Positions 38,701 to 52,414 of a stretch of 64,000 nucleotides of DNA are shown here, one piece after another; within the stretch, counting starts at the first letter, position 1, and each line of letters starts with the position of its first letter. The stretch spans positions 10,230,001 to 10,294,000 of the forward strand of contig CM068750.1 in the NCBI GenBank assembly GCA_035084275.1, given 5' to 3'. The position numbers and the translations under genes were made by a program. Below the pieces are notes generated by a model, which was not told where the DNA came from, made no database searches, and was given only the letters and a program-made list of their open reading frames with translations. This DNA comes from Hydrolagus colliei (taxonomy: Eukaryota).

Positions 38701-39210
38701 GATTTAAGTTTGTTGAAGATACAATCCATTAGCTACTATTGGATTCACATCCACAATATTGTTTTAAGAAGGGTTAACCAGATCGCATCTTCTACCAGCA
38801 TAAGGCACTATATTAAATACAAGGATTATTATTTGTGATGGAGAAAGGCCGAACACTGACCTCAGCTCAAGTTGTAAAAGTAGAAAAGCCATTCAGATTA
38901 TTAGACTGCAGCATCAACAGGAATGCTTTGAGAATTGATTTTATTTTGTCGCATGCATAAAATTTCAAGTGTGGTTGTGACGTCAAGAGACAAGAAATCA
39001 ATGCTGAAACTGTTTTTCTATTGATGCCTGTAGTGCTCAAATGTGTTAAATTTGGACTGTATTAATGTACACACTGCACAGGATACAGTTATTTCCCAAA
39101 GGAAAAACCCTCAAGAGGCACCGCAGATATGCAGCTGGAGAGTTTAGTGAAGGGCGTAAAAATTGAGCAGAAAAATGAATGTACTCTTTGGAGACATGAT
39201 CACAGGTCTT

Positions 39211-39549
39211 ATAATAATAATAATAATAATCCTTGTATTTGTTATAGCGCTTTTCACATCTTATCGACATCCCAAAGCGCTTCACAGAATATACTGTAAA
39301 GTGAATTGACTGTATATTTGTGGACGAATCGTGGCAGCCAATTGCACACAGCAGTGTCCCACAGTCGTGGATTGAAATGACCAATTTTATTATTGTGTTT
39401 TTTTTGGACGGATTATTATTAGGCGTGTGGAGTAAGGAAACTTGCCCAAGGTTTCGCCCTGACCTGCCTGGATTCGAACACGGGTTTCCCCAGCTCGGTC
39501 TCCCCAGTTTGCAAGACAAGTGCTCTAACCACTAAGCCACAGGAGCTCC
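39211..39549 (-). mobile_element. tRNA-derived SINE, full length
   Basis: Minus strand GGAGCTCCTGTGGCTTAGTGGTTAGAGCACTTGTCTTGCAA head to (ATT)n tail. Confidence 0.9.
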
Positions 39550-41185
39550 ACAATTAATCTGTGATCCATTTCTTATACAATATGGCTGGGAAACAAACTC
39601 CCAGCGGTGTTCAGTTCTTTTCACATCTTCTCAGAGATGTATGTATGTAAAACAGAACTAGATTAGCTCAGGCAGTTTTCCTGCTGTGGCCTGTAATGCA
39701 AAAAACATTTCCTACTTTGATATTCGGTGACAATTAATACTCCCATGTAAGAACAAAATATTTTGATATAAAATTATCTTTGGTTATCTCTGATAAGGAT
39801 TATCTCTAAAGTTATCTCTGACACAATGCTCTAGACGGTATATGAATTAATTTTGTCGTATTTGTGCAATTAGGGGATAAACTGAAAAGAGATTAGAAAG
39901 TCACACAAATGGGTTTCTCCATTGATAACAAATGAGAATTTAACAGCAATAAATGGGTCACACTAGTTCGAGGGATGAGATGAAGACTCAACTGAGTGAT
40001 TTACTTCAGTACCGCAGTTCCAAAGGAATGCAACCCCTGGAGGCCTGTATTTCAGCACCAACAACAATTAGACAGCTGCAGTTCATGACTATTCATCCAG
40101 GGAGTCACTAAATTACTACTCATTACAAAATTGCAGGCAGCATCAATCTGCATTAATAATGTAAACCAAACAGATCCTTTCCACACCAAATCTCCCACAC
40201 AGTCACACAAAACCTTCACACTGAAATGAACTAGCGCCAAATAGGGGAATGAGTTAGAGGATTTACAACTCCAAAACTCAAGCAGAGAGGAGGTTAACCC
40301 CAGGATTTAGACACCAAATACCATTGAGTGGAGCTCTCACAAACTGCCCAATTGAGACCAGAAAGATATCCTTTCAAATGAGCTGGCTCATTAATTCTCC
40401 TTTGGCTTCAGGTCTTTGATCAGAAGTGACAATCAAGTGAAGATCAAGTCAACAACAACAACAAAATTACATTTGTATAGCACCTTTCATGTCGAAGTCA
40501 AAGATTACATGATAGAAAAACAAATCGAAGGACAAGACATTCATATAATCTAAATGGAGGGGAGAAAAAAGCATCAAGGCTGGACTGAAAGTATTAAAGC
40601 CTATTTTGATACTGAGTCATACACCAACCTTTTTATTATCTCTAATAACTGATGTATGATACAGTCTCTTCAGTACTGAATGTTACCATTTAGTTTAGTC
40701 CAGATATGATGCTGGTTATCTACAGTGACTTTTGTTTTCTACCTACAACACATATTGCACAAAATAGAAAGTATCAATGGAAGGGAAATGGAATGATGGT
40801 TTTCTCTTTACATTCAATTATAGCACCATCCATTACAGTGATGATCAGATGAAGATCAGAACTCTTCTGCAAAATGTAGCATAATTTCAATCGCTGGATG
40901 CCATTCTACTGTGAAAGTGATGGCTCGGAGGTTTGGGGCTCTCTTTGATATCACTTGATACCTGCTCAAATCTCCCTTTGTTTGTATTTTCTTCAATCAA
41001 TATTTTGTACAAATTACAGAGCTAAACTTCAGGTGAATCAATCCTTCAAAGGCAGAACGATGAACCAGTCATTGATTGAAAACCAGTTGCTAAATCTCTG
41101 CTGGACATTTCTTTTATTCAGGAAGGAAAGGGGGACATAAATCGAGTAATAAGACATTCCTAGAGAGAATCTTTGAGTCACTCAC

Positions 41186-41343
41186 CTTGTGTGCAGTTTC
41201 TGCAAATTGCTGGGAACTGTTCATCATCTCTGCACTTCTTTCTTCTGCCCGTCCTAACCTTTCACCGCGCTCATTCAAGGCTTGGCTGGCTTTCTGTACT
41301 GCACTGGTAACACTGTCTGCGGCTGAATGCAAGATACTGTTAC
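41186..41343 (-). CDS. stxbp6: Syntaxin-binding protein 6 (amisyn), penultimate coding exon (R-SNARE-like motif)
   Basis: ctctcccag|GT AAC... encodes (G)NSILHSAADSVTSAVQKASQALNERGERLGRAEERSAEMMNSSQQFAETAHK|gtgagt; 158 nt; contains the ERGERL R-SNARE core. Confidence 0.95.
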
Positions 41344-43608
41344 CTGGGAGAGAAGAGGATTGCAAAAAAAGAAATGAGCAACCTCTTTAATGAAATTAAC
41401 ACATTATTCTAAAAGCTAAATCAGAGCATTTCTATCTACCAGAAAGATATGTCATTTATTTGAATTGCAGCTGGAATTGAGCTTTCCTCCCATATATATA
41501 TACATACAGTATATAAAAAAGCTGTAGGTATGTTTTTGCAATTGTGTCCTCCTGATGTGGATGGCACTGTGTCCAATCTATCTTATATATTATATATATA
41601 TATATTATATAAAAGCCTTGGGTATGTTTCCACAATTGTAACAATGGGCTTCTAAAAGGAAAACGAAAACCAATACAGCTTAAAAAAAACAACAAAGTAA
41701 AACCCAGTGATTAAAGCTCACCCTTTTTTTTGTAAACAACAAGTATATTATTTTTAAAAAGTTTCGAAATATATCAATAAATGTGTTCAAAAACACTAGG
41801 CCACGTATGTTATGTGGGGGTATAGCTAGTTTCATTTATTTTTCTGAACATGTTCGGCAGCTTGGTCCAGATACAAATATGGTTGCTGAACAATATCAAG
41901 TCGGATATTTAATGACTTATTCTCCATTCAATTCAGTGACCAATGGCAGATAAGAGAATAGCCGTAAGCAAACTTGCCAACCGGGAGAGATGCAGCAAAA
42001 CTAATGGCAGTGTGTTGTGCAGATCCCAATCGGTCTATAAGCAGGAAACATTCTAATGTGGCATTTAGACCATCGTATTAGATGAAAGGAATCATTTTTT
42101 GACAGAGCTGCATAACTCGCAAATTAGATTAATTAATTTTAGATAGGTAAAGAAGTAATCAAGTTCATATTAAAAAAACAAGAACAAATGCATTGGATTA
42201 TTAAATTGGAACTGAATTAAATTATGCGAAACAAAACTGCGCAAATGAAAAAGTTTAACATTTTAAGCAAAGTTTGCCCTTGTCAGTTCCTGTGGGATTG
42301 ACATCGACAACCTTGGCTGACTTGTCTGAACAGTAGGAAATTCTTCCTCCTGTGGCAGATAAAAAAGCTCGGCCTATCACGTGAATAGAAAGATCAATTT
42401 CTTTATCTCAATGCACTTTCTGAGTTCAGCCAAACTGGAATCATTTATCTGTCTTCACTCAACCTCAACAATCACGTTACCACTGTATATTTATTGTAAG
42501 TACACAGCATCCATGTAGTCCAACTAATTAGCTGTTGACATAAATTTAATACCCACTGGTGCAGGATGCCACTCAAGCATCATCTCTGTAAGGTTTCATC
42601 TTCCAACACAGTCACCTTGGACACTCCGGGCTATCTGCACCTGCCAATTGCTCAATGTAAAATATGTCTCCTTCTGATAAAGGACAGCATCCCAACCCTC
42701 CCACCACACACTGACACACACCAGTCACTATTGGTATCACAAGCTCAGTCGCAGCCAAGATCACAAGACAGTTAATGAGGAAATCCAAATTTGGATTACC
42801 AGTCCAATTTTTTCAAATCTCAAAATCACAATTTATAATTGCTTGATACTTAGCCTCCTCAGCTACCGCAGTATCCAACACTGTGCTTCCAATGTACAAA
42901 TCATCCCAAAGTCAAACTGATCTTGAACAGAAGTCTCAGAACATTGACGCTCATTGGAGAAAACAAATCAAGGGACAGCTGGAGCTTTCACTCGAGTTGA
43001 TCTGAATCGTACCACGAGATGGCATCACTGTTTTCAATCTCAATAAAATAAAACCATTCAGAAAAGTCTGTAAATCCTTATATTAATGGGCAACTACTAC
43101 TATTAAGCATTAATAGTTTCCCAGAAATCAGGTACTTTGCGAGTATAGTTTATTCCTAATTAAGATATAATCTGTTCAACTAACTTTACAATAAACATTA
43201 TTGAGGATTTATTCACAGGAGACATTTAAAGCACAATCTTTCACTTCCACCATCAGCTGAAAAGAATGTTTCAAAACATAGATTAAAAACTAGAGTTCTG
43301 CAAAGCCAGTGCCAGTTTTCCCAGCCCATTGCTTTTTATTGGGGGGGAAGGAGGGAAAGAAAAGTGCAGAAACCCTGCATGTAAATTTTGTTTTTCCATC
43401 ATTTCTACAATATAAAAAGGTATATGAATATTCCTCAAATTAGCCACACAACAGCTATTGCAAATTGGGTTTATAGGACCAGGTAAACACATACCATCAA
43501 GCTAAGAATAGAACAGTAAACAAGAATAGATTTGGGTAGATTCAGAGACATATAGAATCTGAAAGTTTAATAAGCTAACAAATGCATCATTATGCTCATC
43601 ATTATGCT

Positions 43609-43913
43609 GAGTCATGTAGCTCAATGGTTAACGCACTCGCCTTCTAAGCAAGAGATCTGGGTTTGATTCTAGGCAGGGCGAAACCTTGGGGAAGTTTCCT
43701 TACTTCACATACCTGATAATAATCCCTTGAAAAAACAATATCCATTTCAATCCATGACTGTTTGTGGGACACTGCTATGCGTAATTGACTGCTGCGTTTC
43801 GCCCACAAAAATACAGTCAATTCACTTTACAGTATATTCTGTGAAGCGCTTTGAGGAGTCTAGAAGATATGAAAAGCGCTATATTAAATGCAAGGATTAT
43901 TATTATCAATATC
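43609..43913 (+). mobile_element. tRNA-derived SINE, full length
   Basis: gagtcatgtagctcaatgg head, family body, L2-like tail. Confidence 0.9.
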
Positions 43914-45152
43914 ATTATCATTACTAATATGGCCATGTCTATACATCAGCATGGAGGTTTACAGGAACGTATCCCCCACGGTTGGGGAGGGGTACTTGTA
44001 ACAACAAAATTACATTTATAGAGCACCTTTCACGTCGGGAGGACGTCCCAAAGCACTGATAATTTAATACATATTGCGCTCATCAAGGTAACAGACCTGG
44101 GCCATGGATTAAATTCTGTCATTGTACCATATTGGCTTCTGCATTTCACCCACAAAATATAGTCACACTTCATAGAACATTTTGCAAAGTGCTTTGAGAC
44201 ATCTCAAAGACGTGATAAGGCACTGTATCAAATGCCAGGATTATTATTATTGAAATCAACATCCAGCACTACCTGGTCAGATGAGATGATTACAGCAATA
44301 CATTCTTAACCACACTATCCAAATGTTTGCTATTCCCATTTCCCTGCGGTGAGTGAATGAGGTTGCTAATTAGTGCTGTTGTAGGGCATTTTGAATTGGC
44401 TTAAGACTGTTGATACTCAGCAACCTTAAATATGTCAGAGAAGGGGAGACTTTCACCTCAATAGGTTAACCTATGTTTTAGAATTGAAATGATAGCAATC
44501 TAACTTTTAAGATGTATATTCAGTTAAATCACAGCATTCCAGAATTTTGGTAATGATCACTTCTCTATTTAATTCCTGCCTCTTTTAAACATTCTTAATA
44601 ATGATTAAGAATCATTATTAAGGATTCTTAATAATGTGTCTTGAGCTGTCCACATTCTGCTCTGTTTGTGTAACTCTTCAAGCTAATTCCTTGCCATGTG
44701 AAACGAGGAGGTGGAGTAGAAAAGGACTGAAGTCCTACTGCAGAAAAAGATAATACTAAGTCAACGCTGAACTCTAGGCAGACAATTGCATATCAAATAG
44801 CATAGAAAAAATTCAAATGCTGTTCTATAAAGGAACACCAATCACCACTGAATAATAATAATCCTTGCATTTGATATAGTGCCTTATCCCATCTTCGAGA
44901 TGTCTCAAAGTGCTTCAAAGCACACACTGTAAAGTGAATTGACTACATTTGTGGGTGAAAAACACTTGAATTTAAGAATTGGTTGAATTCTACATGCTCT
45001 GAAATGCAAAGAAAATAAGATAAACTTAGGACCCAGATGAAATATTTTCCATGATATTTTATACAAAAAAAAGGTAAACATTAAAACTCAGCAAAGGCTG
45101 GTAACAACATCGAACAGGAGTTTGTGGTTCAGCAATGCAGAATTTCTAAAAG

Positions 45153-45344
45153 CCTGGATCTAGATTTACTCTATTCGCACACTAGCCGAATTTGGCAAGT
45201 TGATTCACAATTTGTTTTTAACTTTGAAGCCATTTTTCTGTAGTTCTTAAAAGAAACGTATGCAAAACAGCTTTGAAATTAAGGCTACGTTTAAGAATAT
45301 GGAAAAACCTTCAGAAATGCTAAATAAATAACTCTAGACCCAGG
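45153..45344. mobile_element. MITE-like element with ~16-bp TIRs, copy 2
   Basis: cctggatctagattta ... taactctagacccagg (14/16 inverted match); internal ttaactttgaag and aaattaag blocks shared with 13393-13590. Confidence 0.6.
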
Positions 45345-47013
45345 TTCAATGCAATATTTAACTTGAAACCCAGATCAGGAAAGCTGCTGCTGCTGCTGCA
45401 AGGAATCTAGATCCCAATGCTGGAAAATAAAATGACACTTCCAGCAATTATTTCAATTGAAATGGTCCTTGCTTTCCTCATCTCTTGTACCCTCACTCCA
45501 ATAGTTAAACCGTAAGTCATTCATGAATGACACCACTATCTTTTGTATCGGTGAAATGAAAAAGCCAAGAGTACTTTCAAGAGATATTTCTTAAAAATGG
45601 TTACATTCTTTTATGACGTAGGTCAACTTGACTGTTCGGCCTCCACATTCCATGGTTGCAAATTAATCTTTGACTTTGGCAGTTATTTTGCAATTTTTAC
45701 ATCTACTTTTTTTTATTGAGTTGCTTGCTCTCCCCACTCTCTGCCACCTGATGTCTGAGTTACTCCTGCGTGGGCAGGAAATAGATGGCCTCTGTCATAC
45801 ACTTACTTTGCAGCACATGTGAGATGCCAGGATGTTCATCATTTCAGACTAGTTAATAGCGCAGAACGTGACAGCTAATCGCACAACAGCTGTTCCGGAG
45901 CCCTTTTTGCAATAAGAGAAAGAAAAATAATGCGGAAAAAAAACGTTTTGGGGACCATTTATTGAGCAGCATGGAACTAATTAACTGTCATTCTCTTTGT
46001 GCTTAGACAGTGTTATCAAATCAAACAGTGAATACCACTCCTCAGGCTGGGCACATATCAAAGCGATAGAACTGAGAGCGTATAAAACAGTGTCTGCTTT
46101 TAGCAGTAATTTGCACAATACTTGATGCTGCCACTCGTTCCTCTGACAGCTTTGTTCCATTGCAGCGATGATTCATTTTGTACAGTTCACTGGACTGATT
46201 TCCTTCACTTGAAGCACCAGACGGGCAGGGACCTCATGAGGGAAATGATTTCATTTAAATTTTAATTTAGAATCACCACCACAAAGTAAATGCAGCCGAG
46301 CTATAAAAGGTGAACCTCAATCACTGTTACTTATTGTCTTGTTGCCCGCACATCTTGAAAGGATGCAATGAGAGTCCTAAATCTAAATTGCCCCATGATT
46401 GGGTGGGTCCCAGGACAATGATCAGCTCCTGAGAGAATCGTTAAAAACAGGTTGATAATTGGAAATTGGCATTCCCCCCACAGAGGGAGGCTGTCACAAA
46501 CTTAATATCCCACTGAATGTCTTAGGAAATGGTCTCCTGGGTGTGGTAAAAATGAACGCACAAGGGACCATTTGTCCCACACAATCTATCCTGGTATCAG
46601 CTCTTCCATAGGATGTATAGAAATTAAACACAACTTTGTGTATGCCATTAGCATCGCACACGGATTCTCTTGGGATATTTATCCAATTCTTCTTTAAATA
46701 CTGTTGTTATCTTCACATCAATGAATACTTGCAGCATAAGACTTTAAATTGCCTTAAAAATTAGTAAAAATATTTTGCTAATAGACTAACAATCACAATC
46801 ACTTCAATGTAGATAACATCCACTGAAAACATCCCCCGTACAGCAAGAGAGGAAAGGAAAAATGATAACTTTCATTCTCTCATCTATGATTTCTTTGGAA
46901 TGGAGAACAAACAAACAAACAAAACTTACAGCGCCTTTCACGTCGAGAGGACGTCCCAAGGCGCTGAGTTTTATTTAAAAACTATGTGGGAAAAGCATAT
47001 GTTTAGTCCTGGT

Positions 47014-47329
47014 GGAGTACTGTAGCTCAGTGGTTAGAGCATTCGCCTTGCAAGCAAGGGATCTGGGTTCGATTCCAGGCAGGGCAAAATCATGGGAAAT
47101 TTCCTTTCTCCACTCGCCTGATAATAATCTCTCCAAAAAAACTCCTATAATAAATTGGACATTTCAATCCACAACTGTTTGTGGGACACTGGTGTGGGCA
47201 ATTGGCTGCTGTGTTTTGCCCACAAATATACAGTCAATTCACTTCACAGTATATTCTTTGAAGCACTTTGAAATGTCTAGAAGACGTGAAAAGTGCTATA
47301 TCAAATGCAAGGATTATTATTATTATTAT
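47014..47329 (+). mobile_element. tRNA-derived SINE, full length with consensus Pol III boxes
   Basis: A box TAGCTCAGTGG (47023-47033), B box GGTTCGATTCC (47066-47076), TGC anticodon-like loop, L2-like tail. Confidence 0.92.
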
Positions 47330-48859
47330 CATTACTAATATGGCCATGTCTATACATGTCCTGTCTGTCAAATGCAACTCGATGTAAAAGTCAACCCTAA
47401 CAATTATATGTAAAGTGTATCCACAGATAGGAATTCAATAATTTAATTCAGACATTACATTTTCTTTTAAGGGCACCTCTGAGCGGTGCGCAAATCCAGC
47501 AGATATTACTTCCTCCCCACCCTTGGTCTTGTTACCTCTCTTTCTTTCACTTCAACCTTTTCCTGAAAACACATCTCTTAAAAACTACAAGTTTTGTCAA
47601 AATCTCACTTCCTAGTTCACCATCCATCACTTTATTTCCCCACACTAAATGTTCTTTTATATAAGAAAGGCATAAGTTGAGTTTCTGTAATTGAGTAGGC
47701 TGTGTATCAGAGCTAGTTTCAGTCCACAGGAAGAAAAATTTGGTATTTAATGGGATTGTCATCACAGCCAATATTATCAGTGTCAGAATTTCTGCTTCTG
47801 TTTAAGTTCCTAATCAATAAATTGCAGTGACTTCAGCAAAAGTGTTGGAACTGAAGCCACTTTGAATTTCGTTTGTCAACTACCACTTAAACTCAACGTT
47901 AATAGTTGTTTGGAAAAAAACATAACATTCCATGCGGAAATAGTTGACTTCCTTCAACCCCAAAAAGCCGATATATTACCTGTTCTTGACAACACTTTGT
48001 CCGTTAAATTAACACTAAATAAGCTGATCTTCAGAATTCAAATCCAGCAGATATTACTTCCTCCCCCACTCCCCAAAGTATTTCTGCAAACTTCTTGTCC
48101 CAGATGTGTTGACGGATGACATATGAATGTTGCTGAGTGAGCAGTAAAACTAAAAAAAGTCGTACATCCTGTGAAGCATTTTAGAATGCCCTAAATCAAT
48201 TGAAATACACCTCTCTGTCCTCCCCACCCACACATCCAAAAAAAGCATTCATTCCTTAAATCCATTCCATATTGAAAAAAGGGAAATAGAAACAAGATCA
48301 GGCCAACTTACAACAACAACACTACAACAAAATTACATTTCTAGAGTGCCTGTCACGTTGGGAGGATGTCCCAAAGCACTGACTTACAACCTCAAATGGG
48401 TGGAAAATTTTACATTGAAGTAAATGTGGTTTTAAGTGAGGCAACCAGTGCAACTGTTGCTGGAGTGTATTTCATTCAGAGATGTGCTAATAAGGCATGG
48501 ATCCCACACCTTGTATAGGCTTTGTATAATATTGCTTGGCAACCAAGTGGTACCAGAAGGAATGTCAGCAGCATCTGTGTCGCGCTGTTGACCTTGCCAA
48601 CTGCGGCCATCTGTCTGCAGCGTTGACCCTTTGTTGCTTGCAAGACACAACTGCTCCATTGTGCAACTGTGCAAATCGGAAGTCACTCCAATTGATGTTA
48701 TTTTTGTTGCATATCTGGAATGTCCCATAAAAAATGCAGGTAGTTTCCTCCAATGTATACTGCACTGGAACAGATTCTGTAAACATAACTACAACCATGC
48801 GCCTTAACTCTGTTGAATCAATCAGAGATATGTATTAAGCATTTTTTTCCCCCCACCGT

Positions 48860-49040
48860 CAGCCGAATGTCTGACACATGTGGAAACCCATTACCATGCT
48901 TAAGAATATCCAAACCAAGCTGAGATTTCCATACATCCCTTCCACACATGGAAATCCCAGAGACAGATTGTTGGAATGAAATGCACACTCTCCCTGGAGG
49001 AACTCATCCAGCTTACCTAATTCCAGAAAGTATTGTGCGC
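48860..49040. mobile_element. Unclassified interspersed repeat, copy 3
   Basis: tgtctgacacatg...aagctgagatttccat...cagattgttggaatg...ctctccctgg...cttacctaattc shared with 32125-32313. Confidence 0.65.
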
Positions 49041-49377
49041 CAAAGCTTGGGGACCTGAGTATACGTTGGGATACTGATGAAGTTTAACCAGCTAAAACCG
49101 CATTATATTGCTGTCCAGCAAACTATCCTGATACTTGTCCAGCTAGGACACCCTACCCATTAGAGCTTTGGCTTGCAGGGATAATAGGGAATGCATGGGA
49201 TGACTCCCTGTTTCCAGTGACTGGTCTGCCCTTCCAGGTCCTGCCGATGAGACAGTCTGGCTGTGCTGGTATCAGCAGGGCCCTTGAATACTCCAAATGT
49301 GCCTTGCTCAGGAACCGGAATATCCAGATCTGGCGAGCATCTGTCTTCAGAGTGGTGTGAGGGGTTTACAGGACCGC

Positions 49378-49505
49378 TTTTAATAAGGTTTATGAAGGCA
49401 GAGAGAGAGAAGGGGAGAAACAGAGAGGAGGAGAGAGAGGTAGCAAGGTATAGTGTTTTGGGAAGATAATTCCAAAGTTTTGCGATTAATGGCAGAGAAA
49501 GCAAT
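49378..49505 (-). mobile_element. L2 LINE ORF2 C-terminal remnant
   Basis: Minus frame AKLWNYLPKTL...SLSAFINLIK resembles the L2 LWN-LP...SL--FK--LK motif. Confidence 0.55.
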
Positions 49506-51664
49506 GTGGGAGTTAGCTTTAGAACAGTGTTGGACCAACCAGTCTTTAACTTCTGATTCTAGCAGAGACTAAAAGACGTGTGCATTTTGAAAGCTAAAAA
49601 ACTTTAATTCCTCATAAGGTTAACATGACCCAATCAAGAATGTCAGTGACTTTGCCAACTCTGAATAATTGCTGGATATGTTTTCTCTTTCTCTCTCTTC
49701 TTCCTCCCACACACAAAGGGTCACTGAGCACCCTCCTCTCAATACTGCTAAAAGCTGTTAAGTTCTGATCGGTAAACCTGGATCTCACTCAGTTGACAAA
49801 TGCAGCGCTGTACTAAGAGGTAACAAAAACAACATGTCAACATTTTCCTCCTTTTGCAGACTGTTGTACATTCAGTGTCAAGAAACTATCCGACTGTACA
49901 TATTGGCATCATGCCAGCTGCAATCGCATACTAATGTCACCACAGGGTAGCCAACAGCATCCGGCAGATTTTAGTGCATATTAAGTTCAGTACAAATGAT
50001 AGAGAATTAGTTTACTTTTAATGGTTGTCTAGTACACAAACAAACACGTTTTCTCCACTAAAATGGATGTGCCATAGGTGATCCTTGTGCATACATAATT
50101 ATCTAAAAGATAAATTCTCAGCTCTTCATGCAGTACTGAAATGTGCACTAATGGAGGCTTTTGATTTGTATCATTATTTGGTTCACCTACAAATACACAG
50201 GCACACGTTACTGATAAAAACTCCATAAAATGCTAAGAGATGTTTGATACAATAAGGTGCTATACTGTATATCAAACACAAAGATGATTCTACAAGTTGT
50301 TAAGATTCTGAAGGGGCAAGACAATATTGATTCTTTCAAACACAGATTAGTTTTCTTTTAGGAAATAACACAGGTAGTTTGGGACATGTGTGCATGCAAG
50401 TGGCAGGAAGGTAGAAGGAGAACTAGATGGACCTAGGTCTTTTTTCATTTAGCATTTCTTATATTCTTATTTCTTTTTCAAATCAACCAATTAAAAATGA
50501 AGCAAGCAGAATTTTTTTTCTGAGAAAACACCTTTTTTGGCTATACAGTATTTCACAGTGAGATAATTCTTGGAAGGAAATGCTAATCCTGCTTTCATGT
50601 GACTTTTAATGCCATGTTTTCATATAGTGTTGCCTGTTTTGGTTATGGATAGTGGATATATATGACAGTGATCCAGTAGGCTCTATTATACTTGGGCTTG
50701 AATTACTTGAAGAATAACACTGAGCTTGAAACTCAATATACTGTACCTAACTCTCTCTCTCCCTCTCTCTCTCCAACACACACACAAATACACACAAATG
50801 CACAAATCAAAGGTTGTTACAACTAAATTAAAAAAACACAAGCACAAACCATTTGTTTTTTAAACGTTTGCCTTTATTCCACCTGAAAGTGGATAATAAA
50901 TGAGCAATATCAACTGAATTAATATGTATATTTAGACACTGTATAAATTAAGTCTCTGCTATCTTATGAGGTTCATAATAAACTACTTCCTATTGTACAT
51001 AACATGATTCAATTGCATGTATGTGCAGTGGGTTGGCAACTTCAAAGTGCTTCATTTCTACAAAGTGATTACTTCACAGTTTTGTGGCTGCCCTCTTGGG
51101 CTTTCATTTATCTGCGGTTACAAAAATATTTACTCCAAGTGATGGCGATCCAAGATAGCAGGCCTGCAGGAACCCAAGGCATTCACACTTCAACTGCGCT
51201 AAACTAAAGCACTGCAGTCTTAGACAATTCACACCTTTCATCTGATTTCTGTTACTTTTGCAATTATTTTTGTCAGACCAAATATTTTCACAAGACTGGT
51301 GTTGTGATCCCTTGCTTTAGGAGTTTTGATCTTATTGTTTTCCAAATATAGAGAAATTAGCAGTTTATTTTAATAACTTCTAAAGACAGAACAAGACAGC
51401 AATAACTTCTGTAGTAAAAGCACCTTGGGACGTCCTCTTGACGTAAAATGCGCTATACAAATGTAATTTGTTGTTATTATTATTGAATTATCTGTGTAAA
51501 TGCTGAATATGGAAAATGAAATGTACATTGATTTGTGCTACTGTAGGAGCTGAAGAAATGGATGCACAGAATACATTCTGGAAGGTCACCATTCTTATTT
51601 CTTGTAAAGTGATGTTTTTCTCCACTACTCCCATTACTGGAAATCCTACCTGCTCCTCCAAATA

Positions 51665-52011
51665 CAGTAAAAGCCTGTTTATCCGGCACCCTCCAGTGGG
51701 TCAACTAATTGACTGTGACAGATAATCGGCGGCAAATTGCCGAAAACCCAACACAAAAAATGTACTTATTTTAAAACATACCATATTAATATACTACCTA
51801 GTAACAGAATATTATATGGATACTTACCAATAAAGATTCCAGCACACTTGGTAAAATAATCGGTAAAAAAACATTTTTTACTGATCAGTAAAAACCCAGA
51901 GTTCATAAGTTTAATAAGTGAGCATACCCGCGATTGCTGGAATGGGGAATTGTCCTGAGAGGGCGTCGCGCAATCCGGTTGATTGGGTCACGGATAAACG
52001 GGCTTTTACTG
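51665..52011. mobile_element. Tc1/mariner (pogo/Tigger-like) MITE
   Basis: 21-bp TIRs CAGTAAAAGCCTGTTTATCCG / CGGATAAACGGGCTTTTACTG (1 mismatch), flanked by TA on both sides. Confidence 0.9.
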
Positions 52012-52414
52012 TATGATGAAAAGTTAGTGTCTGAACACAAAGCTTTTCTGGGTAGTTAATTAAAACCCAGTCCTCGTTTCCACAGACAATGATCAGACAA
52101 AACCCAGAGGTTTGGCACTTCTAATTTTACAATGGGTTACAGAATCCAAATGTTTTTGCACTTCTGCTCAATTGAGCTTATGTCAGAAAGCTTGATCAGA
52201 AAAAGAATGTGGCCTTACTTTTGTTTTGAAAAGACATGGGGATGATAGGCTGCCTGCTCAATTATCATGAGCCTGTCAGTGAAAAAAAGATACTATTTAT
52301 AATTAGCAGAGAAGACACTATAGATTGTATCTCAATTGCTAAATCAGCAAGAATTATATTACATGAAGCAACAAGGTCCACTAGGAAGTCACAACACATC
52401 AAAGTCAAACTCAC

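Noticed and set aside
47014-47085. tRNA-Ala(TGC) genes here and at other SINE heads
   Set aside because: A and B boxes are present but there is no proper acceptor stem, and each continues into SINE body and tail.
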